64,000 nucleotides of DNA from Tubulanus polymorphus (taxonomy: Eukaryota; Animalia; Nemertea), in contig NC_134032.1 in the NCBI RefSeq assembly GCF_964204645.1, forward strand, positions 11,954,275 to 12,018,274, in the 5' to 3' direction. Under the pieces are notes generated by a model. It did not search any database. It had not been told where the DNA came from and saw only the letters and a program-made list of their open reading frames with translations. The first letter of the stretch is position 1. Each line of letters begins with the position of its first letter. Of the stretch, positions 12,134 through 24,900 are shown one piece after another. The translations under genes and the position numbers were made by a program.

Positions 12134-14697
12134 GTCGACCCACGGCCGAATCTGTATCGTCGATAGTCGACCGCGTCGTGAAGAGAGTCTGTACGAAAAT
12201 CACCGCCGAAGTTTCGATCAAAAAAGAACTCGAAGACGACGAGGACTACGACGACGGAGGTGGAGAGGATGCGGGAGACGATTCCGCGGCCAGACCCGCT
12301 GCCGATGCGGAGTCGGGGACGATGGACATCGACAATCTGGAAGTCGCCGCCTACACGGAGACCGTCAGCTGCGACGTATCGAATATCGTACGTGAGTACG
12401 TTTCGAAATATCGTTACGAGAAAACCAACGATGACATCCAAACATTGACGATCGAAATCAGTAATCACGGCGACGGTGCTGGCGGCGGCGATGATAACGA
12501 TGCCGGCAAACCGGTTGTAGTAAAGGAGGAAAAGAAGGATGAAACAGGTCGTTACCAGTGCGATGAATGCGCGGCTAGTTTCTGGTCGGCGCGAGCGTTC
12601 AATCAGCACGTGATTTTGAAGCATTCCGTCGTTAAAACGGAGGATGTCGCCGAAATTCCTCCGCCGCCTAAACGTGGTCGCGGAACATCGGCTCCGTCGA
12701 CCGCCGACGAGGAAAGCAGCGCGGATGAGAATGATGACGACGAAGAGGTAGGCGACAGTTCGGTGTTCTATTGCGATTTGTGTCCGTCGACGTTCGAAGA
12801 TTTGGCCGCGTTTCGCGCACATCTGTACGGGCAACACGGGCTCGAAACGATGGACGTCGATTTCCCGAACGCAAGCGATGACGAGGACGACGATAATGAT
12901 CGCGCCGATGATGATGATGGCGGCGGTGAGAAGGACGACGCGCCGATTCTGACGTGCGATTGGTGCGACGACGTACGCTGCAACACTATCGCCGAGCTGA
13001 AGTCGCATTTAAAGCGATGGCACGGCGACCGCTGTAACGAGTGCACGTACTGCGACGACGCGTTCTTCACGTCGGAGGATGCGTACGTCGAACACGTGAA
13101 ACGTGAGCACGCGCGCGAACCCAACCAGCGCGTGCTCCCGTGCAACTACTGCGACGCGAAATTCGCGACTCCGTCCGGCAAAGTGAAACACGCGAAGAAA
13201 GCCCACGCGGCGCGAATCGTCAAAGAGGAGGTCGACGTCGTAGCGCCTGCCAAGTCGGACGCGAAAACACCCGCCGACAAGAAGTTCGAATGTCAGTTTT
13301 GTGATTTCGTCTACATGAGTCGCAGCGGTTTGTGCAGTCACTTGAAGAAGGTCCACGCTAGCGAGTGCCACGCGTGCGACATCTGCGTGAAGGTGTTCCG
13401 CACGGCGGCGATCTACCGCGCGCACATGCGCGTCGAACACTCTGCGTTTCCGCGTAAAACGCTCCCGTGCGATTTCTGCCCGGCGAAATTCGCGAGCAAA
13501 ACCGGCCAGCTGAAGCACATGCGACGCGAGCACGCGAAATCGGTGCAAATGCGAATCATGCGCAAGCTGAACGCGCTGGAACGCGTTTACAAATGCGACT
13601 ACTGCGCGACGAAAGTTCAAAGCACGCAGGCGTTGAAACGGCATCTGTTCGCGCAGCATCCCGAAGCGGCGTACCGATGCGACCACTGCGACCGGTTGTA
13701 CGTCAGCCGCGAGCAGCTGGAGAAGCACCGCGTGAAACACCTCGTTAAAGCGTACAAGTGTCGGTTTTGCGCGACGACCTACGTCAGCAAGGACACGTTC
13801 CGCGCGCACATACGCAGCACGCACGTGCTCGACGGCTCCAAGTTTAAACTGGAGGAATTCATGCCCGAAAGCGAGGTCAAGGCCGCGGCCGCCGCGTCTG
13901 CTTATTCGTCGTCGTCGGAAACAGTGGATTGTACGCGATGCAGCAAGCGGTTTATAAACGCGCGCGTGTACGACGCTCACACGAGCAAGTGCCATCAAAC
14001 GCACGAGTGCCCGATTTGCGGCGTCGTCAAACGGCGTCTGTTCGACCTGAAAACGCACATCCGTCTGCACACGGAGGAGCGGCCGTACGTGTGCCACATC
14101 TGCGGCAACAAATTCCGCAGCGACACGATACTGAAATCGCACATACAGTTGCACGAAGCGCAGCGTCACCCGTGCGAAATATGTGGCAAGGAGTTCGCGA
14201 TGAAGTACTACTTGAAGCGCCATCTGAAGGTGCACGAACACAACGACAACAACACGTATCCGTATTATTGCCAAATCTGCGGCAAAGGCTTCAAAACCGT
14301 GCGCGGGTATAAACTGCACGTCGAGGGACACGACGAGGAGGCCGTCGCGCGCCGTCCGACGTTTACCTGCGACTTGTGCGGCAAAGTCCTCGGCTCGAAG
14401 TCGAGTTTGAAGCTGCATATGGTCATACATAAAGGTCTGAAGCCGCACGTTTGCGACGAATGCGGCACGGCGTTCACGCGCCTGCAAGAGTTGCAGCGAC
14501 ACAAAGAAATACACGACGACGGCAACATCTACGAGTGTTCGATCTGTTTGAAACAGTACCCGGTTATGGCTAAATTGCGGCGTCACCTGCAGACGTGCAG
14601 CGTCGACGGGCCGATCACGTTCACGTGCGAACACTGCGGAACGGAGTATAAGAATCAGTCGTCGCTTGCGAAACATTTGAAAAAGTGTAGCGGTTGA
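12134..14697 (+). CDS. C2H2 zinc-finger protein, main exon (20 C2H2/C2HC fingers, acidic N-terminal tracts; 891 aa spliced)
   Basis: Repeated CxxC-x12-HxxxH motifs, HTEERPY and HKGLKPH linkers, TGA at 14695-14697. Confidence 0.96.
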
Positions 14698-14715
14698 AAA
14701 CAAAAACTACATTTA

Positions 14716-15119
14716 CAGGGTCCCTACATCCCATAGAAATGGAATATGCTTTTAAAGGTGCTTGAAACTCCTTTATTTTGAACAAAATGCCCAAAATTCC
14801 TTTTTGCAACTCCTTCAATTTTGAGAAAATAGCCTATTAAGAAATTTTTGTCTAGTTTGTAGGTGTACAGTAGACTACCCCTAAATCGATACCGTTGGGT
14901 CCTTGATTTTTTTACCCGATAAGGAGGTTACCATATTAGAAACCAAGTGTAGTGAGTTAAGGATAGAAATTTGCTTACAAAACCACTGAGCTGCCAGTTT
15001 AGAAGAATAAACAATACCGATTTAGGAGGAGTCTACTGTAATTGGAATATACTTCAAACTTGAAATTTTCTCCTTAGAAACTACTTATATCCAGGAATGC
15101 CTGATCTGTAGGGACCCTG
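14716..15119. mobile_element. Composite element: CAGGGTCCCTAC-terminated MITE carrying a nested Tc1/mariner-type MITE (14868-15038)
   Basis: Outer TIR CAGGGTCCCTACA/TGTAGGGACCCTG; inner TA|CAGTAGACT...AGTCTACTG|TA. Diverged copy at ~11482-11906 and a partial inverted copy at ~62880-63035. Confidence 0.75.
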
Positions 15120-18100
15120 ATTAAATGTGGAATTATTGTTGAACTCGGTCTTTCTATTAAGATGTTGAATATTTCATAATGAAGTTTTCAGACATTATGA
15201 AGTTTAAGATAATCTAGATATTCGAGTTTTTGTATTAAGGTAATATGATGTATGAATGTGTTTGAATTTCTGTTATTGGTTATCAATGCCACAATGAGTA
15301 CCCCGCTCAACAAGTTAGTTCCTGTGTTCTCCAGCCATTTCATTTTTACACCCCCCCCTCCCTCTGAAAATCAGCCACCCCTCATAAGATGTATGCTACC
15401 CCTAGCAGAAATAGAAGATTATACTAAAGTCAAGCTTAAGTTTCTGTATTATTTTGGGGATTAAAAGCCTTGCTACTCAAGCAGCCACGTTGTCATTCAC
15501 TTAACAAAGAATGCTGCCTGTTTAGAATTCCAGCATATGGAGAACATTGGTTCCGCTAGATGGCATGCATATCAACGAGGCAACCCATTTAAAATCGAGT
15601 TCATCTAGATTTTAGATTTCTAGCCTGCCACTATAAAGAATTTCGCAAATCATTACATCCCTTGATGAACTCAGATTGATCTTTGAGCACGATTTCAATT
15701 CATTGTTCATTAAAATCGAGAAATAATGGATAGATAATAGATGAATCCGAGAAGAAATCCGGCATCGTTTTCTGAATGCACGCCTGATGGATCCTAACTC
15801 GCCACAGTCAAATGTAGACCTTATAATGTATAAAAGACAGGGGCGTTCATTTAGTGCATTTTGCTTAGATTAGGGAGAAGTGGCCTATTTTGTGACCTTA
15901 CGGTTTTTTTGTACAGAAAATTTCATGGATTCATGCGTAAATTTATTTCCAATGATTATGAATACGAAAGATGTTTGAATGTTATATAATGCTATGTTTA
16001 ATATTATCATCACGAAATTGTTTACTAAACGATTTACAAGGGGGAAGTTCGATTAAAAACTTGTCGTAGATTATTGAATGACCTCATTATTTGGTGGCTG
16101 GATAACGATTTTTGAAATAGATTATTTTGTATTTAATGAAAAAAAAAAATAAAGTCAACATTACCGTATTTATCATCAATGAATGGAATTTGTTTGACAT
16201 GATATTGGATTTCATCTTGAATTTACCCGTAAAATTTTTCTGAAGGACTCCTTTACCCCTCTGTTGTACTGTGGAACTGGTCTGGGCTGAACTTAGGCAT
16301 TGAGGCTGAATTTTCCAATAGGGCATAAGAAGGAAGTTTTGACTTACTGTACTGGTTGTCTGTGAACTAAGTGGACTTGTTAATATGTAGAAGTCAAGTA
16401 ACCATATATGAACCAATTGTCAAGTCAACCATAGAACTAAACATAATAGTTATTGACCTGAAAACCTTACAAGACTGTAAATATTGGATACTTCTGGTGT
16501 TGTATTCAACGAAGCATGTCCAGTTTTTGGTATCGAAAAAACGCTTCTTGGTCAAAGGAAAATCCCTAGAAAAGTTTTTAGCATTCAGTTCACTGCCGGG
16601 ACCAAGGCTGAGAGGTGCTGCTTGAAGGATGTGCTAGGACCGAGATATGCGATATACAACCAGAAAGAGCTGGGAACAAGTCCAGGGATTCGTAAAAACC
16701 TTCAGACACGCCACAGAAAACGTAGAGAAAATTGAGAAAACAATGAAATATGTTTGAAATATTTCTTAAATATTCATTTAATGTTTTGATTGTATTAATA
16801 TATTTATATCATATACATAATACACAGTTGTTGCAAGTTTCATCGAATTAATAACAAAAATATAAAAAAAAACAACCAACACAAAATTTGCAAACACAGT
16901 GTAATGGTAAAGTACATAGTCATGTAAAAGATTGATTGACAGGCAGCGGGCGGGGACGTCACAGAAGACAATCTGAAATAGGCACCATTCATCAAAGTAC
17001 TGCATGAAGCAAATTCAAGTAACGTATATGGGCTAAATTCTGTAACTATTTAACCTGTGCCAACTTACGCTTTTAGAAGCATAGCAGCATGTACAGTCGA
17101 GACATTACATCATAACTCTCTTCTCTTTGTGCAAATTTACATCAGCAAAATGGTGCATTCCATGGTATGTACCTTGTGAACGTACTTTATAGAATGGTCC
17201 CTATCAGAATTTTTCAAACCTATAAAACCAGATTGATTACGGATTTCTAGTAAATCATAATTTCACGCAAGGTTACGAACGCCAACCGGAGCTCGGCTAC
17301 AAGTCAGCCCTGGCAGGTCAGGGGCTATATGATACGTGAGCAAATATATTCACAAATTAAGGAAGACTGCAAAAGATCTACTGAGTGTATATGAATAATA
17401 TCAATAATTTAACAATCAACCTAATGAAGCCCAAGGCTATTTGCAGATTTAAGACCAGTGTAAAATCTTCGTTCCTGAGCCAACCATACGACATGAGATG
17501 ATAGCATCTCTGGATTGAAAAGGTGACTGCGTAGTGAGCTCAAGTTTCAGAGAACTATCCTTTCTTTTGACTACAAGCACACTAGGAAATTCAGAATTGC
17601 CCCCATCCACAATAGGTGGCGCTGCCTTTTCATATAATGAATCTTATCATAACTCGTATTGTCCCTCAAAGTTTTTTCACTGTAACAATACTACATACCA
17701 CTTTGACGTTATAAAATCAGCCAAATGCCAGTTAAAGAAGAACTGTTAAACAAAAATCGTGTTTTAAACAGTTTGTCAGAAATGATACCTTTCTTTAAAA
17801 AAAAAAAGATGTCATTGACTAGAATAAATTCGTTAAAAATGCGACTAAAAGTTGTAAAATTGAGTAAAATGCACATTGTCAGCTGTAAGGTTTGTTTTGA
17901 CTTTTAATCGACAAATCATCAACACAAGATTCGGATTCGTCCTGTCTCTAGTTTGTGTGGACACGCCCATAAATGTGTAAATTACACATTAATATGATTG
18001 ATTGACAGCTGTTTAAGCCAATTAGAGATGATTATCGATGATAGCTTGGAGTTGAGCTCATAATATGATTATTTAAATACTCGAATTTAATCGTACGCGC

Positions 18101-18459
18101 ACACGATTTCCAATACACAGTAGGAATATTCAGATTAACTCGCATGCCACAGTAAGAATTATCAGCCTTTATTACATACACATGCCACAGTCGGGAATTC
18201 TATCTAAATTCTCATCAGTGTCATTAATAAATATCATTAAGTGATTTCTACAGAAATCTAGAGTAATATGAGATATCCACATTTACATACCGGTAATGAT
18301 TTACATACAATTCCCCCCTCTGAGTTCAAGCTAGTGTCTGCATAACACACAGAAAAGTTCGCAAAGAAACTTATATATTTTTTCCAATCTGTGACTCTGT
18401 ACCGAGTTCTACAGTTCTGAGTTAGAATTTGACCCCATCAATACGACCGAATTGAACTA

Positions 18460-18649
18460 CAGTAAAAGTCCTTTATAATGCCACTGTTGGGATCAATGGA
18501 AAACATGGCGTTATAATTAAATTTGCATTGAATAGAATGGTCGTTTCCTTGATTTTGGAGTTAGATGGGCCAAATTTGTTCTTGAAAAAATGTTGGTGTT
18601 AAGCAAGCAATGGCATTAAAAAGTATGGCATTATAACAGACTTTTACTG
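18460..18649. mobile_element. Tc1/mariner-type MITE nested in a Harbinger-like MITE (~18400-18703)
   Basis: TA|CAGTAAAAGTC...GACTTTTACTG|TA; the flanks rejoin to the 39235-39358 family. Confidence 0.75.
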
Positions 18650-18837
18650 TAATTTCAACTCATCTCCGAGTTAACTCTAACTCACATCTGTGGAACCGGA
18701 TCCTGGAGTTTAAAGTAGAACGGCTGTAGCAGCCTCCACACCCCTACCCTATAATCTCAAGTTTAGCTCAGCTTAGAGAGAAGCCAATGCGCTGCCAGCA
18801 ATGTTCTTATACCCCGTCCCTCGCGCAAACGCGCTGA

Positions 18838-18939
18838 TCAAATGTTTCTCAGAAATGCTGGATCGACTGAGGCAAGTTTAGCAGATAAAAACGCATGCAT
18901 AGAAAACAATAAAGTCTGTAGATTTGTACATTCCAATTC
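18838..18939 (-). CDS. SNTG1: Gamma-syntrophin exon 13 (last)
   Basis: [36 protein letters not shown]. Confidence 0.95.
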   Translation of the reverse strand, partial: ELECTNLQTLLFSMHAFLSAKLASVDPAFLRNI

Positions 18940-21900
18940 CTGCAAAATACAACGAAATGAAATCTACATTTTTTTCCGAAATTACAACATCGATGGCCAC
19001 CCAGACCCAGATCATTCGAAGCATTGAGAATTAGAAGCATAAACGAAACAGTATAATGACTGCATTGTGAAATGGCTCGCAGCGCTTACGCTTCCGGTGA
19101 CAATAAAGGATTTTCTGATGTCAGAGGAAGATTTTACAGAGGTTGCCATCACTTCTGTATTCGCTATGATTCAATGATGGGATTCATAGTGACAGCCATC
19201 TTTTCCCGAAGGGTCTGCAGATCAAATTACTACATTTAACAAACGTCGGAGAAGGAGCTAAATTTTCTGAGAGGGATCGAAATTCACTTACCCTAATTTC
19301 AGTTTCTCTAGTGTTCATGTCCGTTATAAAATGTAGAGTGAGTTTATTTTTACCGTCGTCCGCCGAACCTTTCAACTGCGAGAACTTATAACTCCATAAA
19401 TAGCACTGAAAATACGTAGACGAATAGAGAATCAGATATAAACAACTCGAACGGACCGACTAATGGGCAGAAGACTGACTAATGGGTATAGGTCCGAGGT
19501 CAGTTGCTCAAAAGATTGTTAGAGTTGACTGGGGGATAGACACAATGGTTACAATACAATCTAAATCGTCACTGTTTCAACTATTCACTGGTTAACTCAT
19601 TTGGGCAAATGACCCCAGACTAATAAGTAAATGGTCTGACTAAGGCAGTTGCAATTAACAACAATTGGCGGATGAACTGACCAATTGACTGACCATTTGA
19701 CAGATGGACTGACCAAGTGTGCACTTGGAGGTCCTTGTTTATTGTGACATGAAAATCAGAACAGAAAAACTAAGAACTAAAGCCAAAATTTGTAGCTTCT
19801 TGACAGAAAAAAAACATGAAGCAATTGACTTATAGTAGTCCTAAGAACGAATATATTAACTGCAGGATTAAATGAAATGAACTCTATGTATTTGAGCTAA
19901 GTTCATTGGTGCATAACACAAAACTGGTAGACCCAGGTAATATTATAGGAATAAATCAGAATATTAATATGGTAAATGATTTTATTTAAGCGAATGGAAA
20001 AATTTGAAGAAAAAAATATTTCAACACAACAGATTTACTCTCGGCAGGGGCAGGGGAGAGAGGGATGGTGGTGGAATCAAACATACCTTCGAGTCAGTTT
20101 CCTTTGTGACAAAAACAATCAAATAAAAAAGAAAATAAAGTTTACTCCATGTCGAAGTGAAAATTGGGTGGTTGGGAATTTTCGAGCGAAACAGATTTTT
20201 TCAAAACCTCAAGTTTCGGACCATTGTCCATCGGCTGGAATTCGGACCCGAAGGCATCATGAGACCCTGCCACAGCACAAAACTCTGCCTGATTCACCAG
20301 ATTGTGCAAGTTAGATGTCATTATTAGCCAATCAGAAATCAGGTTTAATTTTAGCCCAGGTAAATTTCAATTTGCCTAAGCAATACAGGCAAACTGATAA
20401 ACGCAACTAGCACATGGGCTAATCAGGCAGGGGTTCCTTACTGTGTCTAAGTTTCGCGATGCCATCAGGTTCAAGAGAGGATGCGAGTTTCATGTTGATA
20501 CTTGATTCAAATTAGTTGGTAGAATTTAACTGCAGAAGGTTTCAAAATTCTATGAAAATATCTCTGCGCTACTGACAACTTGGGAAACTTGAGGTGACGA
20601 AAGACTAATGTTCATTCTCTGACCATAAAACAGGGATAACAAGAAACAAACTGATCATAATTACTGTGATTGCACAAAAATGTGACGTGAGTGAAAAATT
20701 AAATGAATGATGTTAATGGTATTTTGATTTGATGATGCCATAGGCGTATTTATGGACAAACCATCTCTTCCAGAAGGGTTTTTATCATTGCACACACATC
20801 AATTCGATGATGTCATAGTGAGTAGAGTGATGAGCAAAATGAAGCCCTGGTAAGTGAGGCCCACTAGATTGAAGCAATCGGCTGAAGTGAGTTTCTGTAG
20901 TGTGAAGCCCTGGCAAGTGAGGTTATAACTCTTACCCTGGATTCACTATCATACAATGAGAATCCTGACTGTAAGTCTAACGTGAGACCACAAATTCTGT
21001 TCCTCCAACTGCAGCCAAATGTTTTATTCTAAAAAACAAAAACCAAAAATTTTGAAATCTCTTTCAAAAGAATTTCGTAAAACTGGGTCACGGTTCCGAC
21101 TGTTACATGAATTCAAGTTTTCCCCAAATATTTCATGAGTTTTTTCCAATTTTTCACTGCAAATGAACAGATACCATCATACATTTTAAAGATACTGGTT
21201 GGATAAAGTTGATTTTCAAGAAAGATTGCTGAAAAAAGTTGCCAAAGGCAAATACTGTGAAGTGTAAAATGAGTTTAACAATTCCAGGATTAGAGGAAAA
21301 TTCATCAAATTCCCAAACCAGGAGATATAATTAAAAATTCTGGACCCAGTTCCACAGTTATAAGTTAAAGTCAACTCTAGAGTCAAAATCGATGTTTTAA
21401 CTCTGCAGTCAAATTCAACTCAGACTGTGGATCGGATCCTGAAGTTTTTCCTGATTCCCATGTACTGTGGGAACCATGCTGGCTCCAGAAAGGAAAAGAC
21501 CGCGTTAAAAACTCATATGAATGCGTTGACTAACCTTTAAATGCATAACTGCGAGATAATTCGCCCGGAACCAAGCTTTCTCGAAACGTAACATATCGTG
21601 ACGCGTTTCCACGCTGAGATAGAACGACTCTCCGCTTCCCGCTTGAATGATGTAACAATTGTTACGATCGTCCAATAATTCCGTGTCCTAACAATGAAAT
21701 ACAACGACGAACAAAATAAAGACAACTTTTAGCTAAGATATTTTTCAAAGATATTTATGTTTTTCTCTTCGTATGCAAGACGCATCGTAGCGGGTTGGTC
21801 TAGTAATGTGGTAAAAAGATGGAGGGGTCAGTCCACCAGGTTTACGCTATCCATGGATCTTCCCCCAGAAAAATTTACAGGATGGCTACATAAAGGAAAT

Positions 21901-24900
21901 AATTTCCTACATTATGAGATCATAAGTTTGGCAGAACCAGAGTTAATAAATCATCACATTGATGACGAACTCTCGAATTCTGACTTGGAAATAGAGATAA
22001 CTTGAATAGTGATGACTATGACACATAAAAAAAAGTCCAGCAATTCTTCGAGGGAAGTGGCTCTTTACAGGGGCTCTGCACTAACCCCTAAATCTATCAC
22101 ATGCCTGCAGTGAGAGCTCGGCACGTAAGATAATGTAGCATTACCCGACACTACTGCCCGCTCCTCTCTCCACTCTTACCTTCAATACTCTGAACATGGA
22201 TTCGTATACTTTGCATATAGTGTCACATTTCAACCAATCTCTCGTGCTCACCTGAAAATCAATGATCAAAATATGAACATAAATATATTAACCAGATCGT
22301 GGTTTTATACACAGGGGTTTGACACAACTTCATTTACCCCAGTATTTTCAATACATGTACATATTGTATATGTAACCTCTAGGATACATTGGGGGTACTG
22401 GGTAAGTTAAAGTTGTGTCAGTTCATGTGGTTGTGTATGAGAAATTTCATTTTCTTTAGGCCTGCATTTGAATTTCAATTGAAATGACGAAATCGAATCG
22501 AGTAGATATGATATATAAGTAGTAGGTGACTACAGGAGTCTTGGAGAGCGATGGAGAAGGTATTAATAATGGTGGATAAGTAAAAAAGAAATAAGGTTTG
22601 GCTGCATTTTACGAAGCAGTATTAGTGACTATCACCTATACCAAGTGTCTCTTATATATTCAGGCATAAATCTACGGCTTAATCTACATTTTGAAGTGTT
22701 TATAATGTACTTTTCATAAAGACTCTAATTGTAATATACTCCTATGCGTAAAGAAATTAGAATTTCTAAAATTTTTTCCGAAAATAGTAAATTTATTGTT
22801 GATTACCAATCTATACATGATATTCACATGTTTTGATTGGATTCGAGCGTTGTTCATTTGAATTTCACAATTTATCATGGATGAGCCAATAATACTGCTT
22901 TGTAAAGTAGCCCTGATTATCATGAATTATGCCACTACTCATGCTGTTGAGGGATTTTTTTAAAAACTACTTGAGCATGAATCCAGCCCTTTGGGTCAAA
23001 GTTAAAACTGGTCTGTCAAACCTGGGCCCCCCCGGGGCTTTAAATAAAGGTGGTCCATAAACTCAGCTGTAGGCGTTCAAGTTAAAACTGGTATTTACAA
23101 CCAGCCCCTGGACCTATAGTTTAAACTGGTCTTAAAAACCAGACACTAAGGATAAATTCAGAACCGGTCTGTAAAATTTGGCCAGGAGGTTACTTTATAG
23201 GTAGCCTCCGAGAAGTTGAAGAAGTTCCATGAATTGATTCGAGCAAGGAATTTCTAATTCTCATCAAGACACAAGGCGTTGTTCAAAAGTTAGTCATCCC
23301 TCGGTGGTTTGGGAGCGAGCAGGGTGGGACGCGAAATGATTAATAACAAAAAGGTTACCTACGGTTATAGTCGCTATAGCAAAAGTTATGCGTATATGTA
23401 TATATGTATATACACGGTATAGACGGCGGCAAGCAGTTTGAATATAGCCTAGTGGCGCCACGCCATGCTATAAAGTAGAAATAAACAAGCTTACAAGACT
23501 CACTGGCGGAGTTTCAAAGAAGTAGATATTCGAGCCCCTCATCGCGATGAACCGCGGTTTCCACGACGGCGACCCTGGTTTCACGTTCAGCAACGAGATC
23601 TTCTCCGCTGTCCAACACATGTGTATGATTTGGTCGTTCGGCAGCAGTAAACGATTGGACATTGTTATCTAGAGAAAAAAAAACACGACATAATATAACA
23701 TAATTATGACATACATATTTCTAACATATTTCATATAAGATTTATACATACAGCCAAACCCGTTTAATTCTGATTACTTGGGACCAACTTAATTCATCTG
23801 GTTTCTCAGAAATCCAGATTAAACATTGTATTTTACATACATTTATGTATTTACAATATACGATAGGCTTATCTGGATCAAATCAAAATCCAGATTAAAC
23901 TCACCTTAATCAAGCGGTCTTAACTGTATTCAAATTGCACAAACCTTACTGGAATGTGATCTTTTTGTATAGTTTTGTACATGTACATATTTCAAAGATA
24001 CAGGGTACTTTAAACACTATAGGCCTACATAACTTATACATATCATATGCATAATTCATTGCTATTTCAAGCATATTTCATACATAATCTATACATATTT
24101 TGTACATATTTTGCCAGAATATATTTTTCGTGGATACTTCAGGGAGGAAAGGGTAGATTTTGTACATAAAACTTAAGAGGTATACATAGCCCAGTGAGGG
24201 GTGATGGCGGCAGGGTAAGTGAGGGATACACAGCCCAGTGAGGGGGGAATGGCGGCGAGGTTGATGAGGGATTCACAGCCCAGTGAGGGGGTAGTGGTGG
24301 CGGGGTTGATGAGGGATTCACAGCCCAGTGAGGGGTGGTGGCGGCGGGTTTGATGAGGGATACACAGCCCAGTGAGGGGTGGTGGCGGAAGGGTTGATGA
24401 GGGATTCAAAGGCCAGTGAGGGGTGATGGCGGAAGGGTTGATGAGGGATTCACAGCCCAGTGAGGGGTGGTGGCGGAAGGGTTGATGAGGGATACACAGC
24501 CCAGTGAGGGGTAGTGGCGGCGGGGTTGATACTTACAGAATGATTATTTAGTGTTTGTATGTTGTTATTAATACAGCGAACCCATTCATTTAAATTGTCA
24601 TTATTATCACTGTGTATGACGCCTGTAGACGTTCCATCCATCGCTATCACTTCGAATCCATTCGTTCTAGAAAACCAGAAGTTAAAAACAAGTCTCAAAC
24701 GTGGTTTAGGATTTGACCCTTCAGGGGCTTCAGTGGCATTGTGAGTGCAGCAACTTCAGCGACAAAAGCTGCAGCAATAATTTACTCAATGACTTTTTTT
24801 TTCTTTGAATACCAGGTTTTTGATGAAACTGAAGTAAATTCATCGCAGCAACATATTAGAACCTGTCAAAAATTGGCAATTGGCCTCGGCAATCTAAAAT

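Noticed and set aside
12070-14703. Antisense ORFs of 564 aa and 312 aa
   Set aside because: They are exactly in register with the zinc-finger codons and are explained by avoidance of TTA/CTA/TCA. The translations have no recognisable domain.
24139-24409. Proline-rich ORFs
   Set aside because: Translations of the 44-bp minisatellite.
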